The position numbers and the translations under genes are program-made. The notes beneath the pieces are model-generated. The model worked only from the letters and a program-made list of their open reading frames with translations, ran no database searches and was not told the origin of the DNA. A stretch of 64,000 bases of DNA from Pseudomonadota bacterium (GTDB taxonomy: Bacteria; Desulfobacterota; Desulfobacteria; Desulfobacterales; RPRI01): positions 1-64,000 of the forward strand of contig JBDRRF010000066.1 in NCBI GenBank assembly GCA_043825875.1, read 5' to 3'. Each line of letters begins with the position of its first letter. Position 1 is the stretch's first letter. This document shows, piece after piece, positions 26,202 through 36,422 of the stretch.

Positions 26202-27977
26202 ATGAAATTTGAAAGATTTCAAAACACGCCTAATTCGGCAATAACTTATCTGCGGAAAATCTTCCCGTTCCTGCGCTGGTGGAATTTCATCGGATGGGAT
26301 ACGGTTCGGGCAGATCTTATTGCGGGATTAACAGGTGCGATTATCGTTTTGCCCCAAGGGGTTGCGTTTGCAATGATTGCCGGGCTGCCGCCGGAATACG
26401 GCTTATATACTGCTATGGTGGTTCCTCTGGTCGCCGCATTGTTCGGTTCATCCCTGCATCTGATATCCGGGCCCACTACCGCCATTTCCATTGTGATTCT
26501 TTCTTCCCTTAGTTCCATCGCCGCCCCCGGCTCAGTGGAATATATCCGGCTGGCCATCACTCTAACCTTTCTGGCCGGTGTTTTTCAGTTAGCATTCGGC
26601 CTGGCACGAATGGGAATTTTGGTGAATTTTGTCTCCCATACCGTGATTGTAGGATTTACGGCCGGTGCTGCTATACTGATTGCCACCAGCCAGATAAAGC
26701 ATGTGTTCGGTCTCCACCTTCCGGGATCAGAATCCTTTTTTGCCGAATTAATGAATATTATTCGGGAAATCAGAGGTATAAACCCCTATGCCATGATTGT
26801 TTCCGCCGGAACTCTGGCTTGTGCCGTGCTGTTTAAATTATACCGGCCCCGCTGGCCGCGGCTGTTGATTGCCATGGTAATAGGCAGTCTGATCGCCGTG
26901 TCTATCGGTGCAGAATCCCATAATATCCGGTTGATGGAAAGTCTGCCCGGCCATCTGCCGCCATTTTCAATACCGGATTTTTCCTTAGATGCCATAAGAT
27001 TACTCTCGCCCAAAGCGTTTCCGGTAGCGCTTATAGGTCTTATCGAAGCCCTTTCAATCGCACGTTCAATTGCGGCAAAATCCCGCCAGCTTATCGACAG
27101 CAATCAGGAGTTTATCGGCCAGGGGCTGTCCAATATTTTCGGTAGTTTTTTTTCCTGTTACGCGGGTTCCGGTTCATTTACCCGGTCCGGAATTAATTAT
27201 CATGCCGGTGCAATGACACCGCTGTCCGCGGTTTTTTCCGCCGTGTTCCTGGCACTGATCCTGCTTCTTATAGCACCGTTAACCGAATACCTGCCAATCT
27301 CTGCAATGGGCGGGGTGATTCTGTTGGTAGCATTTAACTTGATTGATTTTCATCATATCCGAAGTATTATCAAAACCAGCAAACATGAAACAGCAATACT
27401 TCTTACAACATTTGCCGCCACCCTGATTTTTGATCTGGAATTTGCCATATACGGCGGCGTGCTAATGTCCCTGTTTCTGTATCTTAGCCGGACCGCCCAT
27501 CCTGAGGTCGTTAGCCTTATTCCCAATCCGGATTCCCGCGGGCAATATCTTGCCCAGGGCGATTCTCAATGCCCGGCGTTTAAAATCATCCGCGTTGATG
27601 GACCTCTTTTTTTTGGCGCGGTGAACCATGTCGTGGAATATTTTCAGGCCATTGACAAACAACTTCCCCGTAAAAGCCATCTGCTGATTGTGGCCTGCGG
27701 AATCAATTTTATTGATATCACCGGTGCCGAAATGCTGGTCAATGAAGCCAGTCGCAGAAGAGGTCTTCGCGGCGATTTATACCTTTGTGGCCTCAAACAA
27801 AATGCCAGGAATTTTCTTAAGCGGGGAGGATATCTCGACAGCATTGGAGCTGATCATATTTTTGAATCGGAAACAGAAGCCATCAAAACAATCCTGTCAA
27901 ACATTGATAACCCAGAATGCCGAAAATGCAAATCACCCCTTTTCAAAGAATGTGAGCACAGGAAGCAATTTGGATAA
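26202..27977 (+). CDS. SulP/SLC26 anion transporter with STAS domain
   Basis: DLIAGLT...PQGVAFA...GLY, GPT, NQEFIGQG, GSFTRS, STAS FIDITG. Confidence 0.93.
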   Translation: MKFERFQNTPNSAITYLRKIFPFLRWWNFIGWDTVRADLIAGLTGAIIVLPQGVAFAMIAGLPPEYGLYTAMVVPLVAALFGSSLHLISGPTTAISIVILSSLSSIAAPGSVEYIRLAITLTFLAGVFQLAFGLARMGILVNFVSHTVIVGFTAGAAILIATSQIKHVFGLHLPGSESFFAELMNIIREIRGINPYAMIVSAGTLACAVLFKLYRPRWPRLLIAMVIGSLIAVSIGAESHNIRLMESLPGHLPPFSIPDFSLDAIRLLSPKAFPVALIGLIEALSIARSIAAKSRQLIDSNQEFIGQGLSNIFGSFFSCYAGSGSFTRSGINYHAGAMTPLSAVFSAVFLALILLLIAPLTEYLPISAMGGVILLVAFNLIDFHHIRSIIKTSKHETAILLTTFAATLIFDLEFAIYGGVLMSLFLYLSRTAHPEVVSLIPNPDSRGQYLAQGDSQCPAFKIIRVDGPLFFGAVNHVVEYFQAIDKQLPRKSHLLIVACGINFIDITGAEMLVNEASRRRGLRGDLYLCGLKQNARNFLKRGGYLDSIGADHIFESETEAIKTILSNIDNPECRKCKSPLFKECEHRKQFG

Positions 27978-28111
27978 TCAGAAAGTATTTTAGACTCCCT
28001 TTACTTTTAAAGTTGTTGCCAATCAACGACTCAAAAAGTTTTGTAAACAAAATAAAGCGCTAAAGTTTTGATCAACAATCAAACTGCGGGCACACCCGCA
28101 AAGGTCGGATT

Positions 28112-29113
28112 ATGGGAATTAATCTTTTTAGTTCGTTTAAAAACTGGCGAAACCGTCTATTAAGGAAACTGGCCGTTCATCGTGAGCACAACAAGCAAGA
28201 AAAGGCCTTGATTAATGAAATTAACCGGATTCTCTCAGAGACCAAAACCAAAATTCCTCTGGTCCCAAATTATCTCAGTAAACTAAAAAAGCCTATTCTT
28301 CTCGCTCTGGAAACAATAACTTCAATGACTGCACAAATTCCAGGCCCCATAAACCTTGATCCGGCTCTCTGGGAAAAATCTCCGGTACCAAAAGCCATCT
28401 TTACAAGCCATGATGAATTTTTACGGTGGTTTGTCAATTGCAGCAGCGTGCAAAATGCCTTTAAACAATATAATTCGGACAAACTTTTCGGGTTGCTGGT
28501 TGCAGAATATCAAGAGAAGACTTCTTTTGGCGTAGACCGTACCGGCGAAATTATCCAGAAGGATGTTCAACAAAAATCAGTGTCTTTTGAAGATCCCATG
28601 ATTGTAGTACTTCAGCCGGATCAAAAAACCGCTCAGAAAGAGTTGCAACACCGAATACTTGTCATGTTGTTTCTTAATGAGTTGGAGGAGATTGCAGACC
28701 TGAAATCACTGGAAAAAGAGCTTGAAATACAGCAGGACATTCTTAAGATAAAGCTGTCGGGAGAAAAAAAATATAACCCGGAAAAACCGGACACCAATAA
28801 ATCTGCCAGTGAAGCAAAGCAGATTATAAATGATATTAACCGGAAAATAGAAGAGATCGGGAGAAACCCGGACACACCTGAAAGTCATCTCAGACACGTT
28901 ACCGAAGTACTTACAAATATTGACCGGAATGTAAAAATGACACCATTTACGATTCGGGTAAATAGTCTTAGCATACTGGTTAAGGCATCCTCTTTAGAAC
29001 CATTTGATGAACTTTCATTTGCAGAATGTACCTACACAGGGTCTCCCAAAAAAGCTGTTATTTGGGTGCAAATAGACAGGTCATCAAACAGGTCATCAAT
29101 GACCGGAAAATAA
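28112..29113 (+). CDS. Hypothetical protein with coiled-coil region
   Basis: 333-aa ORF, no recognised motif. Confidence 0.65.
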   Translation: MGINLFSSFKNWRNRLLRKLAVHREHNKQEKALINEINRILSETKTKIPLVPNYLSKLKKPILLALETITSMTAQIPGPINLDPALWEKSPVPKAIFTSHDEFLRWFVNCSSVQNAFKQYNSDKLFGLLVAEYQEKTSFGVDRTGEIIQKDVQQKSVSFEDPMIVVLQPDQKTAQKELQHRILVMLFLNELEEIADLKSLEKELEIQQDILKIKLSGEKKYNPEKPDTNKSASEAKQIINDINRKIEEIGRNPDTPESHLRHVTEVLTNIDRNVKMTPFTIRVNSLSILVKASSLEPFDELSFAECTYTGSPKKAVIWVQIDRSSNRSSMTGK

Positions 29114-29182
29114 TTTTTCAGGGTTGCCCAACATAGTAAATATCATCAACCCGTTCCGTGTGGTTATGAGTATCAAACAAAA

Positions 29183-29347
29183 GAGCCAATTGCAAAACGC
29201 CCCATTTGGGCCGATCTTAAGCGTTGGGCTCAAATTTCGCACGAAGTGAAGCTTTAGCGCTATCCTCGAAATACTCAATGTATTCCTGTGGTTGAAATTT
29301 TCTCCCGCCTTGAGCTTGACCAAACTGAAACGTTTTGAAACCGGCTC
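29183..29347 (-). mobile_element. MITE-like element, copy 2 (inverted orientation)
   Basis: GAGCCAATTGCAAAACG...CGTTTTGAAACCGGCTC; reverse complement matches the other copies. Confidence 0.85.
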
Positions 29348-29356
29348 TAAAGATCT

Positions 29357-30289
29357 TTATTTTTTTATCAGTTTAAAATAATCTTGACCCACATGTGTCT
29401 CTACCGGTTTGTTTTTTCCGATCATATCTATATCAAACCTGTATCCTTGTATATATTTTTCATTCAAAACTTCAACTGTATGCTCATTTGATCCGTCAAC
29501 GGGATTTTCCATCGTAGTATTTACACGATTTACCTGGATAGCACTACCGCAATTCTTCTGAAAATACAAATAGCTCGGCACCTTTGACTTATGATTTTTA
29601 CACCAGCGGTAGCAAAAACCTTCAAGGGTGTTTGGGTCATGAAATGTATTTATTGCAATAAGAAAATCCTTCATTGATGTAACCGAACTTAAGATCTTGA
29701 CCAGTAATGATTCTTTTGAAAATATTTTAATTAACTTTGGATATTCCCTGGCTACATATTTTATAATTTTTGCTACCAATTCTTTTTTATATACGGTAGT
29801 ATTCAGTTCAAACGGATATCTTGCATTGCTATTACGCCCTTTTTTCCACTTCAGCCTGTAAATCGTTTCGCCGCCAATATCTATCTTTGTTATTTGATCA
29901 CTATCCTCTTTTAAGTTCAAAGGACTGAGTCTGAGTGAAAAACCAAAAATATCTTTTGAAAACTTCCCGAAAGTATTTTCTATAACGCCAAAATCAACAG
30001 AATCATAATATACAACATCATCGGTTCCAAACAAAATATACCTGGAATCTACCTGCCCGATTAAATTAACAAAATCATCATGAAAATTCTTTTCATTTAT
30101 TACAATGCAATCAGAATATCGTCTAAAAAGCTCACTATACTGTTCATTAAATAGATTAGCTTTATATATTATATAAGTTTGGATTTTATCCCCTGGCATA
30201 TGCCGGTAAAGGCTCTCAAGATAAGCCTCAAGCTGCAAAGGCCGGTTCATACTAAAAACAATATTGCTTACGGGTTTTATCATAATCAT
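29357..30289 (-). CDS. Putative GT-A-fold glycosyltransferase-like protein
   Basis: IVFSMNRPLQL N-terminus and FGTDD motif; adjacent to a GT2 gene. Confidence 0.55.
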   Translation of the reverse strand: MIMIKPVSNIVFSMNRPLQLEAYLESLYRHMPGDKIQTYIIYKANLFNEQYSELFRRYSDCIVINEKNFHDDFVNLIGQVDSRYILFGTDDVVYYDSVDFGVIENTFGKFSKDIFGFSLRLSPLNLKEDSDQITKIDIGGETIYRLKWKKGRNSNARYPFELNTTVYKKELVAKIIKYVAREYPKLIKIFSKESLLVKILSSVTSMKDFLIAINTFHDPNTLEGFCYRWCKNHKSKVPSYLYFQKNCGSAIQVNRVNTTMENPVDGSNEHTVEVLNEKYIQGYRFDIDMIGKNKPVETHVGQDYFKLIKK

Positions 30290-30351
30290 TCCAATTCAAC
30301 GGACAGAAAAAATTCAGAATGCCCTTTACATTTAATATTATTACTTACGGA

Positions 30352-31266
30352 TTATTTTAAGTCTTCCGGCATTTGCCAAGCAGGCATATTATCTTTTGTA
30401 ACAAATACGGATTGGATTAGCCCGGCATAAAATCTTAAATCAAAAGGCCAGTATCTTATCGCTTTTTTGTATAAATATAATGCAGCCTTTCTGTTTTTCT
30501 TTTTTCTGTTTTCTCGTGCGACTCTGTAGTAACTGCGACCAATTTTTTTGAAAGCTGTTTTTCCGGCAACTACTTTTTCACCGCCGCCTCTGAAATAAAA
30601 CCTTTCTAGTGCCAATATTTTGGAGCAATTTGTTCCCACAGATTTAGACAGACTGTCAGCACTAGTACCTCTTATCGCCTTAACATTTTTTACAAACAGT
30701 GCTTTCCCTTTTAGTGAAAGTCTTAAAATAAAGTCCGAGTCTTCTGCGTTATTCAACTGCGTATCAAAGTATAACCTTTTAGCAATGGCTTTTTTAAATA
30801 CTAAAGCTGACGGCCATATCACACTGTTTACAAATAGTCTTTCAGTAATATTACCCGAAAAGCATCTTTTCTCGCTGTCATTAGCTACTATACTACCGTC
30901 GGGGTTTTTGACCACTGTAAGGCAATATGCAATACAATAGTCCGGGTTATCGATAAACGCGTTTATCATAGTAAAGAGATAATTTTGGGGCCATGAATCA
31001 TCAGAATCCAGAAAAGCTATAAATTCCCCGGTTGCATTTTCCAGCCCAATATTTCGGGCTGTAGAGACTCCACCATTTTTTTTATAGAAATATTTTATAC
31101 GGGAATCTGATATAGCAGAAACTACTTGCCTGGTATCGTCTGTTGAACCATCATCGATTATCAACAACTCTATATTCGTATAATTCTGTAATAAAACAGA
31201 ACTAATTGCTTCTTGAAGGAGTTTGCTTCTGTTATATGTTGGGATTATTACGCTTACGCTCAGCAT
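30352..31266 (-). CDS. Family 2 glycosyltransferase
   Basis: SVIIPTYNR, IIDDGSTD, ARNIG, FLDSDD, AED. Confidence 0.93.
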   Translation of the reverse strand: MLSVSVIIPTYNRSKLLQEAISSVLLQNYTNIELLIIDDGSTDDTRQVVSAISDSRIKYFYKKNGGVSTARNIGLENATGEFIAFLDSDDSWPQNYLFTMINAFIDNPDYCIAYCLTVVKNPDGSIVANDSEKRCFSGNITERLFVNSVIWPSALVFKKAIAKRLYFDTQLNNAEDSDFILRLSLKGKALFVKNVKAIRGTSADSLSKSVGTNCSKILALERFYFRGGGEKVVAGKTAFKKIGRSYYRVARENRKKKNRKAALYLYKKAIRYWPFDLRFYAGLIQSVFVTKDNMPAWQMPEDLK

Positions 31267-31524
31267 TAATCTTTTTCCATGAGAAACAGTAATTACGTCT
31301 TCTTTTAAAGTTATCTGCTTTGCTTTTTCTTAATTGCGATTGTATTTGAAATATATATTTTGTTCTGACATAATCCGGAAATTAATTTTACAGAATTTAT
31401 ATTAAAACAGCTAAATGAGTCAAACAAAATAGTTGAACATTAAACACACCGTTTAATAAATCTTTCTAAGAAACTGCCAAACCAAAGCATTAACTGAAAG
31501 ATTTGCCATTTTATAAGGGAGTTT

Positions 31525-32046
31525 ATGGAAGAATCAAATAAAGAAAAATCAGGAATCGAAAAAGCCGGAGAAGATCTGTTTAATTTTGCTCTTGATCGTG
31601 AGGACTTAAAATCGATTATTTCACTATTGCCTAAAGAGGCTGACATCAAACGGGAAACGGTCGAATATGAACTCCAGATATTGAAATTTATAGGCACCGG
31701 ATGGAGTATCACTTTTTTTCTTGAAAACTCCACATACAAAAACCAACTTGCAGAATTGTACTGGAAAGCTGTTTATCAGTATTCGCAAAGTATATCTGAA
31801 GCAACTGATCTTATGATTGGTCATAAAATTGATTATTTCCAAGTATTAAAAGACCGTCTTGAAATGTATATAGAAGCTATGAGACAACAGCCGGGCGCCC
31901 CTGAACCCGCAGTTATTATAGGGCCGGAATTTGCCCGGACCTGCGGAAATGTCGATGACATATTCGCAGTAATGGCCGGATCAAGAATGTTTAAGTTAAC
32001 AGTAGCCAGCATTAAGGAATATTTTGAGAAGATACAGATGCTGTAG
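31525..32046 (+). CDS. Hypothetical protein
   Basis: 173-aa ORF with AAGGGAG RBS. Confidence 0.7.
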   Translation: MEESNKEKSGIEKAGEDLFNFALDREDLKSIISLLPKEADIKRETVEYELQILKFIGTGWSITFFLENSTYKNQLAELYWKAVYQYSQSISEATDLMIGHKIDYFQVLKDRLEMYIEAMRQQPGAPEPAVIIGPEFARTCGNVDDIFAVMAGSRMFKLTVASIKEYFEKIQML

Positions 32047-32081
32047 TTTTTTGGAATTTGGGGGAAAGTGCGGCAGGAGAC

Positions 32082-32119
32082 AAACCTTGAGCTGTGAATT
32101 AAACAGCATTCAGGGTTTT
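32082..32119 (+). terminator. Probable intrinsic terminator
   Basis: AAACCTTGA-GCTG...CAGCA-TTCAGGGTTTT imperfect stem. Confidence 0.5.
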
Positions 32120-32237
32120 ACCTAAAACCATACTCATGCGAAATATCACTGATAATCTTATATTGCATCCTTTTTAAAAAGTGTGGTATTTTGTTTAGGG
32201 TAGCATGGAAATTTATTTAAAGTAAAAAGGTGTAAAA

Positions 32238-33164
32238 ATGAAATGGGACTCAGTAGAAGATATTATAAAGCACTTTAATCTGGAAGTTGATGACACAGAT
32301 GTTTCCAATGTCCGTTCTGCTCTTCTTCAACTCTTAGCTAAATCACATCCCGAAATAAGTGGGGGCGATTTTGAAACGGAAGAGCAAAAAAAAGAATACA
32401 ATGATATCCAGAGTGCAATCAAAGATTTAAATACACTTGGCTCTCAGCAAAATGCTTTCGTTTCAGTAAATCAAATGACTGATATTATAAAAGCTGTTTT
32501 TAATGCTATAGCCCCAGGAAAAGAAAATCAACAACCCAATATTGAATTTTACGTTAAGAATGAATTACACAAAAAAATTATTAGTTTCTATAAACCGATT
32601 AAAATCATTTCCGGGACAATTGCCGGAGTTTGCACAGCATTGATTATCTTTTCTAAAACATTAAGTGAAAATACTATTTTAGCACCTTTCCTTGAATTTA
32701 TATATTCTCATTCAATCTTATTATATGTTCTCTTTATTTCAGCAACATGGTTTGTCTTCACATGGTTTAAAGAACAAAAAGATGAACAAAGAAAAGAGTG
32801 GCTTTTTTCAGAAGATGGCAAACTTGTAATATTGGCTGAAGTAGTAGGATCTTTTGGAAAGAAAGTTGAAGACAAAGTTATCTTTAGTTTTAGAGGTTTT
32901 GTCAGGACTATCCAGGGTAAAAGAAAAAAAAGGACTAAAAGCATTATTAAGATTTATTTATCAAACATTTACCAGGTATTATATGGTGCTTCGATAATTA
33001 GTACTAGCATTGCTGAACAGATAGCGCATCATCATTTATCCAACTTTGAAAAGCAAAATATTATTAAAAAATATAACAAACAATCCATCGAGCATTTTTA
33101 TGAAATAGACAGTAATTTAATCCATCAATTGCCTGATAGATCTTATTATAAATATTTCTATTAA
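32238..33164 (+). CDS. AT-rich two-TM membrane protein with J-domain-like N-terminus
   Basis: VRSALLQLLAKSHPEISGG...EYNDIQSA resembles a J domain (HPE for HPD); two central TM helices. Confidence 0.6.
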   Translation: MKWDSVEDIIKHFNLEVDDTDVSNVRSALLQLLAKSHPEISGGDFETEEQKKEYNDIQSAIKDLNTLGSQQNAFVSVNQMTDIIKAVFNAIAPGKENQQPNIEFYVKNELHKKIISFYKPIKIISGTIAGVCTALIIFSKTLSENTILAPFLEFIYSHSILLYVLFISATWFVFTWFKEQKDEQRKEWLFSEDGKLVILAEVVGSFGKKVEDKVIFSFRGFVRTIQGKRKKRTKSIIKIYLSNIYQVLYGASIISTSIAEQIAHHHLSNFEKQNIIKKYNKQSIEHFYEIDSNLIHQLPDRSYYKYFY

Positions 33165-33178
33165 TATGGAGATTTTCC

Positions 33179-33811
33179 ATGGAAAACACACCACAATCCG
33201 ATAAAGCAGAAACCGAAATACCCATTGATCTTAAGAAATGCGTTGAATTTCATGGGCATCTTTGTCCAGGTCTTGTTTACGGTTATGTTGTCGCAAAAGA
33301 GAGTATAAAGCTGCTTGATATTAAACGCTCAATTGACGAAGAGGTTGTAACCATTTGTGAGAATGATTCATGCGCAATTGACGGGCTTCAAGTAATGATT
33401 GGCACAACTGCAGGCAAAGGAAATCTGATAATTAAAGATTACGGGAAAAATGCATATACTGTTATAAACCGTTTTAAAGAAAAAGCTTTCCGATTCTCAA
33501 GAATGACCGAATATAATTACAGCGGTAAAAACTTAGATGAGTTCAATAAGCTTGAAAAAGCGGTTTCTAATGGAACAGCAAACGAGCAGCAAAAAGCCCG
33601 CCAGAAATTTTTAAAAGCTGTTGATCTTTTTTCAAGGCCGTTTAATGAAGTTTTTCATATAGAAGAGATTGAATTCTCCATGCCGCCATATGCTCCCCTG
33701 GCACCTTCCGTAGCATGTGCCATATGTGGTGAAATGACCATGAAAACTAAGATGGTTCCCGTAGAAAACAGCAAATTAATCTGCATTCCTTGTTCAAATA
33801 CAAAATCATAA
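33179..33811 (+). CDS. FmdE/FwdE-family protein with C-terminal zinc finger
   Basis: FHGHLCPG, ENDSCAIDGLQ, GKGNL, CAICGE...CIPC. Confidence 0.9.
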   Translation: MENTPQSDKAETEIPIDLKKCVEFHGHLCPGLVYGYVVAKESIKLLDIKRSIDEEVVTICENDSCAIDGLQVMIGTTAGKGNLIIKDYGKNAYTVINRFKEKAFRFSRMTEYNYSGKNLDEFNKLEKAVSNGTANEQQKARQKFLKAVDLFSRPFNEVFHIEEIEFSMPPYAPLAPSVACAICGEMTMKTKMVPVENSKLICIPCSNTKS

Positions 33812-33996
33812 AAAATTTACGCATTAAAAAACCATTGCAAAGCCATGATCAATTGCTTTCATATCAATGGTTCTAACAAGAACACCCCGACTATTTCAGC
33901 CGGATTGCCCTGCATTTTTCGAATAAAGGTATTGATTAGATACGCAACCATGTGTAAAAGGAAAGTTACCTTTAAAGCAATGCGAGGCTTAAGTAA

Positions 33997-34683
33997 ATGA
34001 AATTAAAACCAGTTGAATTTGCAGCTTGTCTCAATGTTCAACAATCTACCGTGGAACGATGGATTCGCCAGGGCAAGATTCCTGTCAGGCAATCAGAAGG
34101 TTTTTGCATCTTCGATGAAAAAGCTTTAGAGAAATGGGCCCAAAAGCACAATATCAGCTTAACACTTTCTGATCATCACAAAAATGATACAAAAAATTCA
34201 GAGAAAAACGCACTTACTTTAGCGATGAAACGTGGTGGGGTACACTATGATATCCCGGGAGATAGCGTTAATGAAGTTTTAAAAAATGCTGTATCCCTTG
34301 TCCCGGATATGTCGGAATATGATAGAGAAATCCTATATAATAAACTGATTGAACGTGAGAATTTAACTCCCACAGGTATCGGCAAAGGTGTTGCCATTCC
34401 TCACCCAAGAAGCCCTATGACAGGTACTGATACTAAAGCTTTTATCAGCACCTGTTTTTTAAAAAATAAAATTGATTTTGGCGCAATAGACGGAAAACCG
34501 GTAACAGTAATGTTTTTAATTGTATGCCCATCAGTAAAATCTCATCTGTATTTTCTGTCACGCATATCTTTTTGCTTAAGGGATAATTCATTTATAAATT
34601 TTCTAAACAGTTCACCCACACCTGAAATATTTTATGAAAAGATAGACACGTTTGAAAAACGCCTGGAAAAGACCGATAAATGA
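33997..34683 (+). CDS. PTS EIIA(Ntr/Fru)-domain protein with N-terminal excisionase-type HTH
   Basis: AACLNVQQSTVERWIRQGKIP HTH; ERENLTPTGIGKGVAIPHPR. Confidence 0.9.
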   Translation: MKLKPVEFAACLNVQQSTVERWIRQGKIPVRQSEGFCIFDEKALEKWAQKHNISLTLSDHHKNDTKNSEKNALTLAMKRGGVHYDIPGDSVNEVLKNAVSLVPDMSEYDREILYNKLIERENLTPTGIGKGVAIPHPRSPMTGTDTKAFISTCFLKNKIDFGAIDGKPVTVMFLIVCPSVKSHLYFLSRISFCLRDNSFINFLNSSPTPEIFYEKIDTFEKRLEKTDK

Positions 34684-36407
34684 GAAACATATTCTTACGA
34701 CAATCTCCGCTAAAATGGGAAGCATTAAGGCATGATGACCGTCCTTTACTTATAATTACCGGCATGGTTGTTGGAGTCTTCAGCGGAATTGCGGCATTTG
34801 CGTTGAACCGATCGTTGGAATTTATGCTGGAATTTTTTACTCACTATAGATCTCACTGGTGGATATTTCTTCTTCCTGCAGCAGGGGCAGCCTTGTCCTC
34901 TCTTTTCTTAAACAAAGTTATCAGGGAAGAGCCGGGACACGGTGTTCCGGAAGTAATCAAATCTATATCCAAATACGGAGGTTTTTTACGCCTGCGCTCA
35001 AGTTTCTCCCGGCTGGTCTCAAGCTGCCTGACTATAGGAACTGGTGGATCAGCAGGGCCGGAAGCGCCGGTTGTGGTAAGCGGAGCTGCTATAGGCTCCA
35101 ATATTGCCCGTTTATTTTCCTTTAATGAGAGACAAAGGATAACCTTGGTGGGTTGCGGTGCGGCGGGAGCTATATCATCGATTTTCAACGCTCCGATCAC
35201 CGGTCTGATTTTTGTTATGGAAGTTATTCTTGGGGAATGGTCAACAGAAAAAATTGTGCCAATAGCTGTTGCCTCGGTTGCGGGAACGGAAATAAGCCGG
35301 TTGCTGGCCGGCAATCAAATAGCTTTTAGCCATCATGTTTTTAATCTCTCTTTTCATGATCTGATAGCCTGCGTTGGACTTGCTCTGGTAGCCGCATTTG
35401 TTTCCATTCTAATGACAAGATCTTTGAGAGTAATGCATCAACGCTGTGAAAAAGTCAGATTGCCTCTGTGGGTTAAAGCTGCTATCGGAGGCTGTGTTGT
35501 TGGCATTTTTGGTTATTTATTGCCGGATGTTCTTGGTGAAGGATACCATTCCATTAGAAAAATGATAGAAGGAGTTTACACACAAGGGACTCTTATTGTG
35601 GCTATCGCCTGCTTTGCCAAGGTGTTTGCTACCTCCCTTACTTTGGGATGGGGAGGCTCAGGAGGTATTTTTGCCCCCAGCCTGGTTGTCGGAAGCTTTG
35701 CAGGACTTGCATACAACAGAGGACTTTCCTATCTCTTCCCTAATTTCAATCTGGCGGGGGAAGGCTGCTATGCGCTCCTGGGCATGGCAGGTTTAATCGG
35801 AGGCATACTTCAGGCGCCCTTAACCGGTATTGCTTTGATTATTGAAATTACGGGCGGCTATGAAGTGATTGTTCCGTTGATTATAACATCTTCTCTTGCC
35901 GCAACAATATGCCATTATTTTGAACCTGCCTCTTTATATATGAAGGATCTTGTGGAAAGAGGCCAGCTTTTAAGACCTGGAACCGATGCCAGAGTACTCA
36001 CGGATTTAAGTATCTCGGAACTTCTTGAAAAAGATGTTACCACTGTAAAACCGGATATGTCTCTAAGAGAGTTTGTAGAAATCGTTAAGTATTCACATCG
36101 AAACTATTATCCGGTGGAAAACCCAGAAAACAAATATTTTATGGGCATGGTGCTTTTTGATGATATCCGGCCATATCTTTTCGATTCCATAATGTACGAT
36201 ACTGTATTTGTGGAACAGATAATGGATCCGAGTGTGTTGACGGTTAAAACCGATGATGATCTTTTAAAAATCCTTCGAATAATGGATGACAATGGCCTTT
36301 ACAGCATACCTGTAGTTGAAGACAAACGGTTTATGGGTATGATTTCAAAAGCAACTATATTGGATCATTACAGAAAAGAGCTGCTGGTACAAACCACAGA
36401 AAGTTAA
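34680..36407 (+). CDS. CLC chloride channel/antiporter with CBS pair
   Basis: GHGVPE, GSAGPEAP, FNAP, GGIFAP, EITG motifs; C-terminal CBS domains. Confidence 0.92.
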   Translation: MRNIFLRQSPLKWEALRHDDRPLLIITGMVVGVFSGIAAFALNRSLEFMLEFFTHYRSHWWIFLLPAAGAALSSLFLNKVIREEPGHGVPEVIKSISKYGGFLRLRSSFSRLVSSCLTIGTGGSAGPEAPVVVSGAAIGSNIARLFSFNERQRITLVGCGAAGAISSIFNAPITGLIFVMEVILGEWSTEKIVPIAVASVAGTEISRLLAGNQIAFSHHVFNLSFHDLIACVGLALVAAFVSILMTRSLRVMHQRCEKVRLPLWVKAAIGGCVVGIFGYLLPDVLGEGYHSIRKMIEGVYTQGTLIVAIACFAKVFATSLTLGWGGSGGIFAPSLVVGSFAGLAYNRGLSYLFPNFNLAGEGCYALLGMAGLIGGILQAPLTGIALIIEITGGYEVIVPLIITSSLAATICHYFEPASLYMKDLVERGQLLRPGTDARVLTDLSISELLEKDVTTVKPDMSLREFVEIVKYSHRNYYPVENPENKYFMGMVLFDDIRPYLFDSIMYDTVFVEQIMDPSVLTVKTDDDLLKILRIMDDNGLYSIPVVEDKRFMGMISKATILDHYRKELLVQTTES

Positions 36408-36422
36408 GAGACCTTTATAAGC

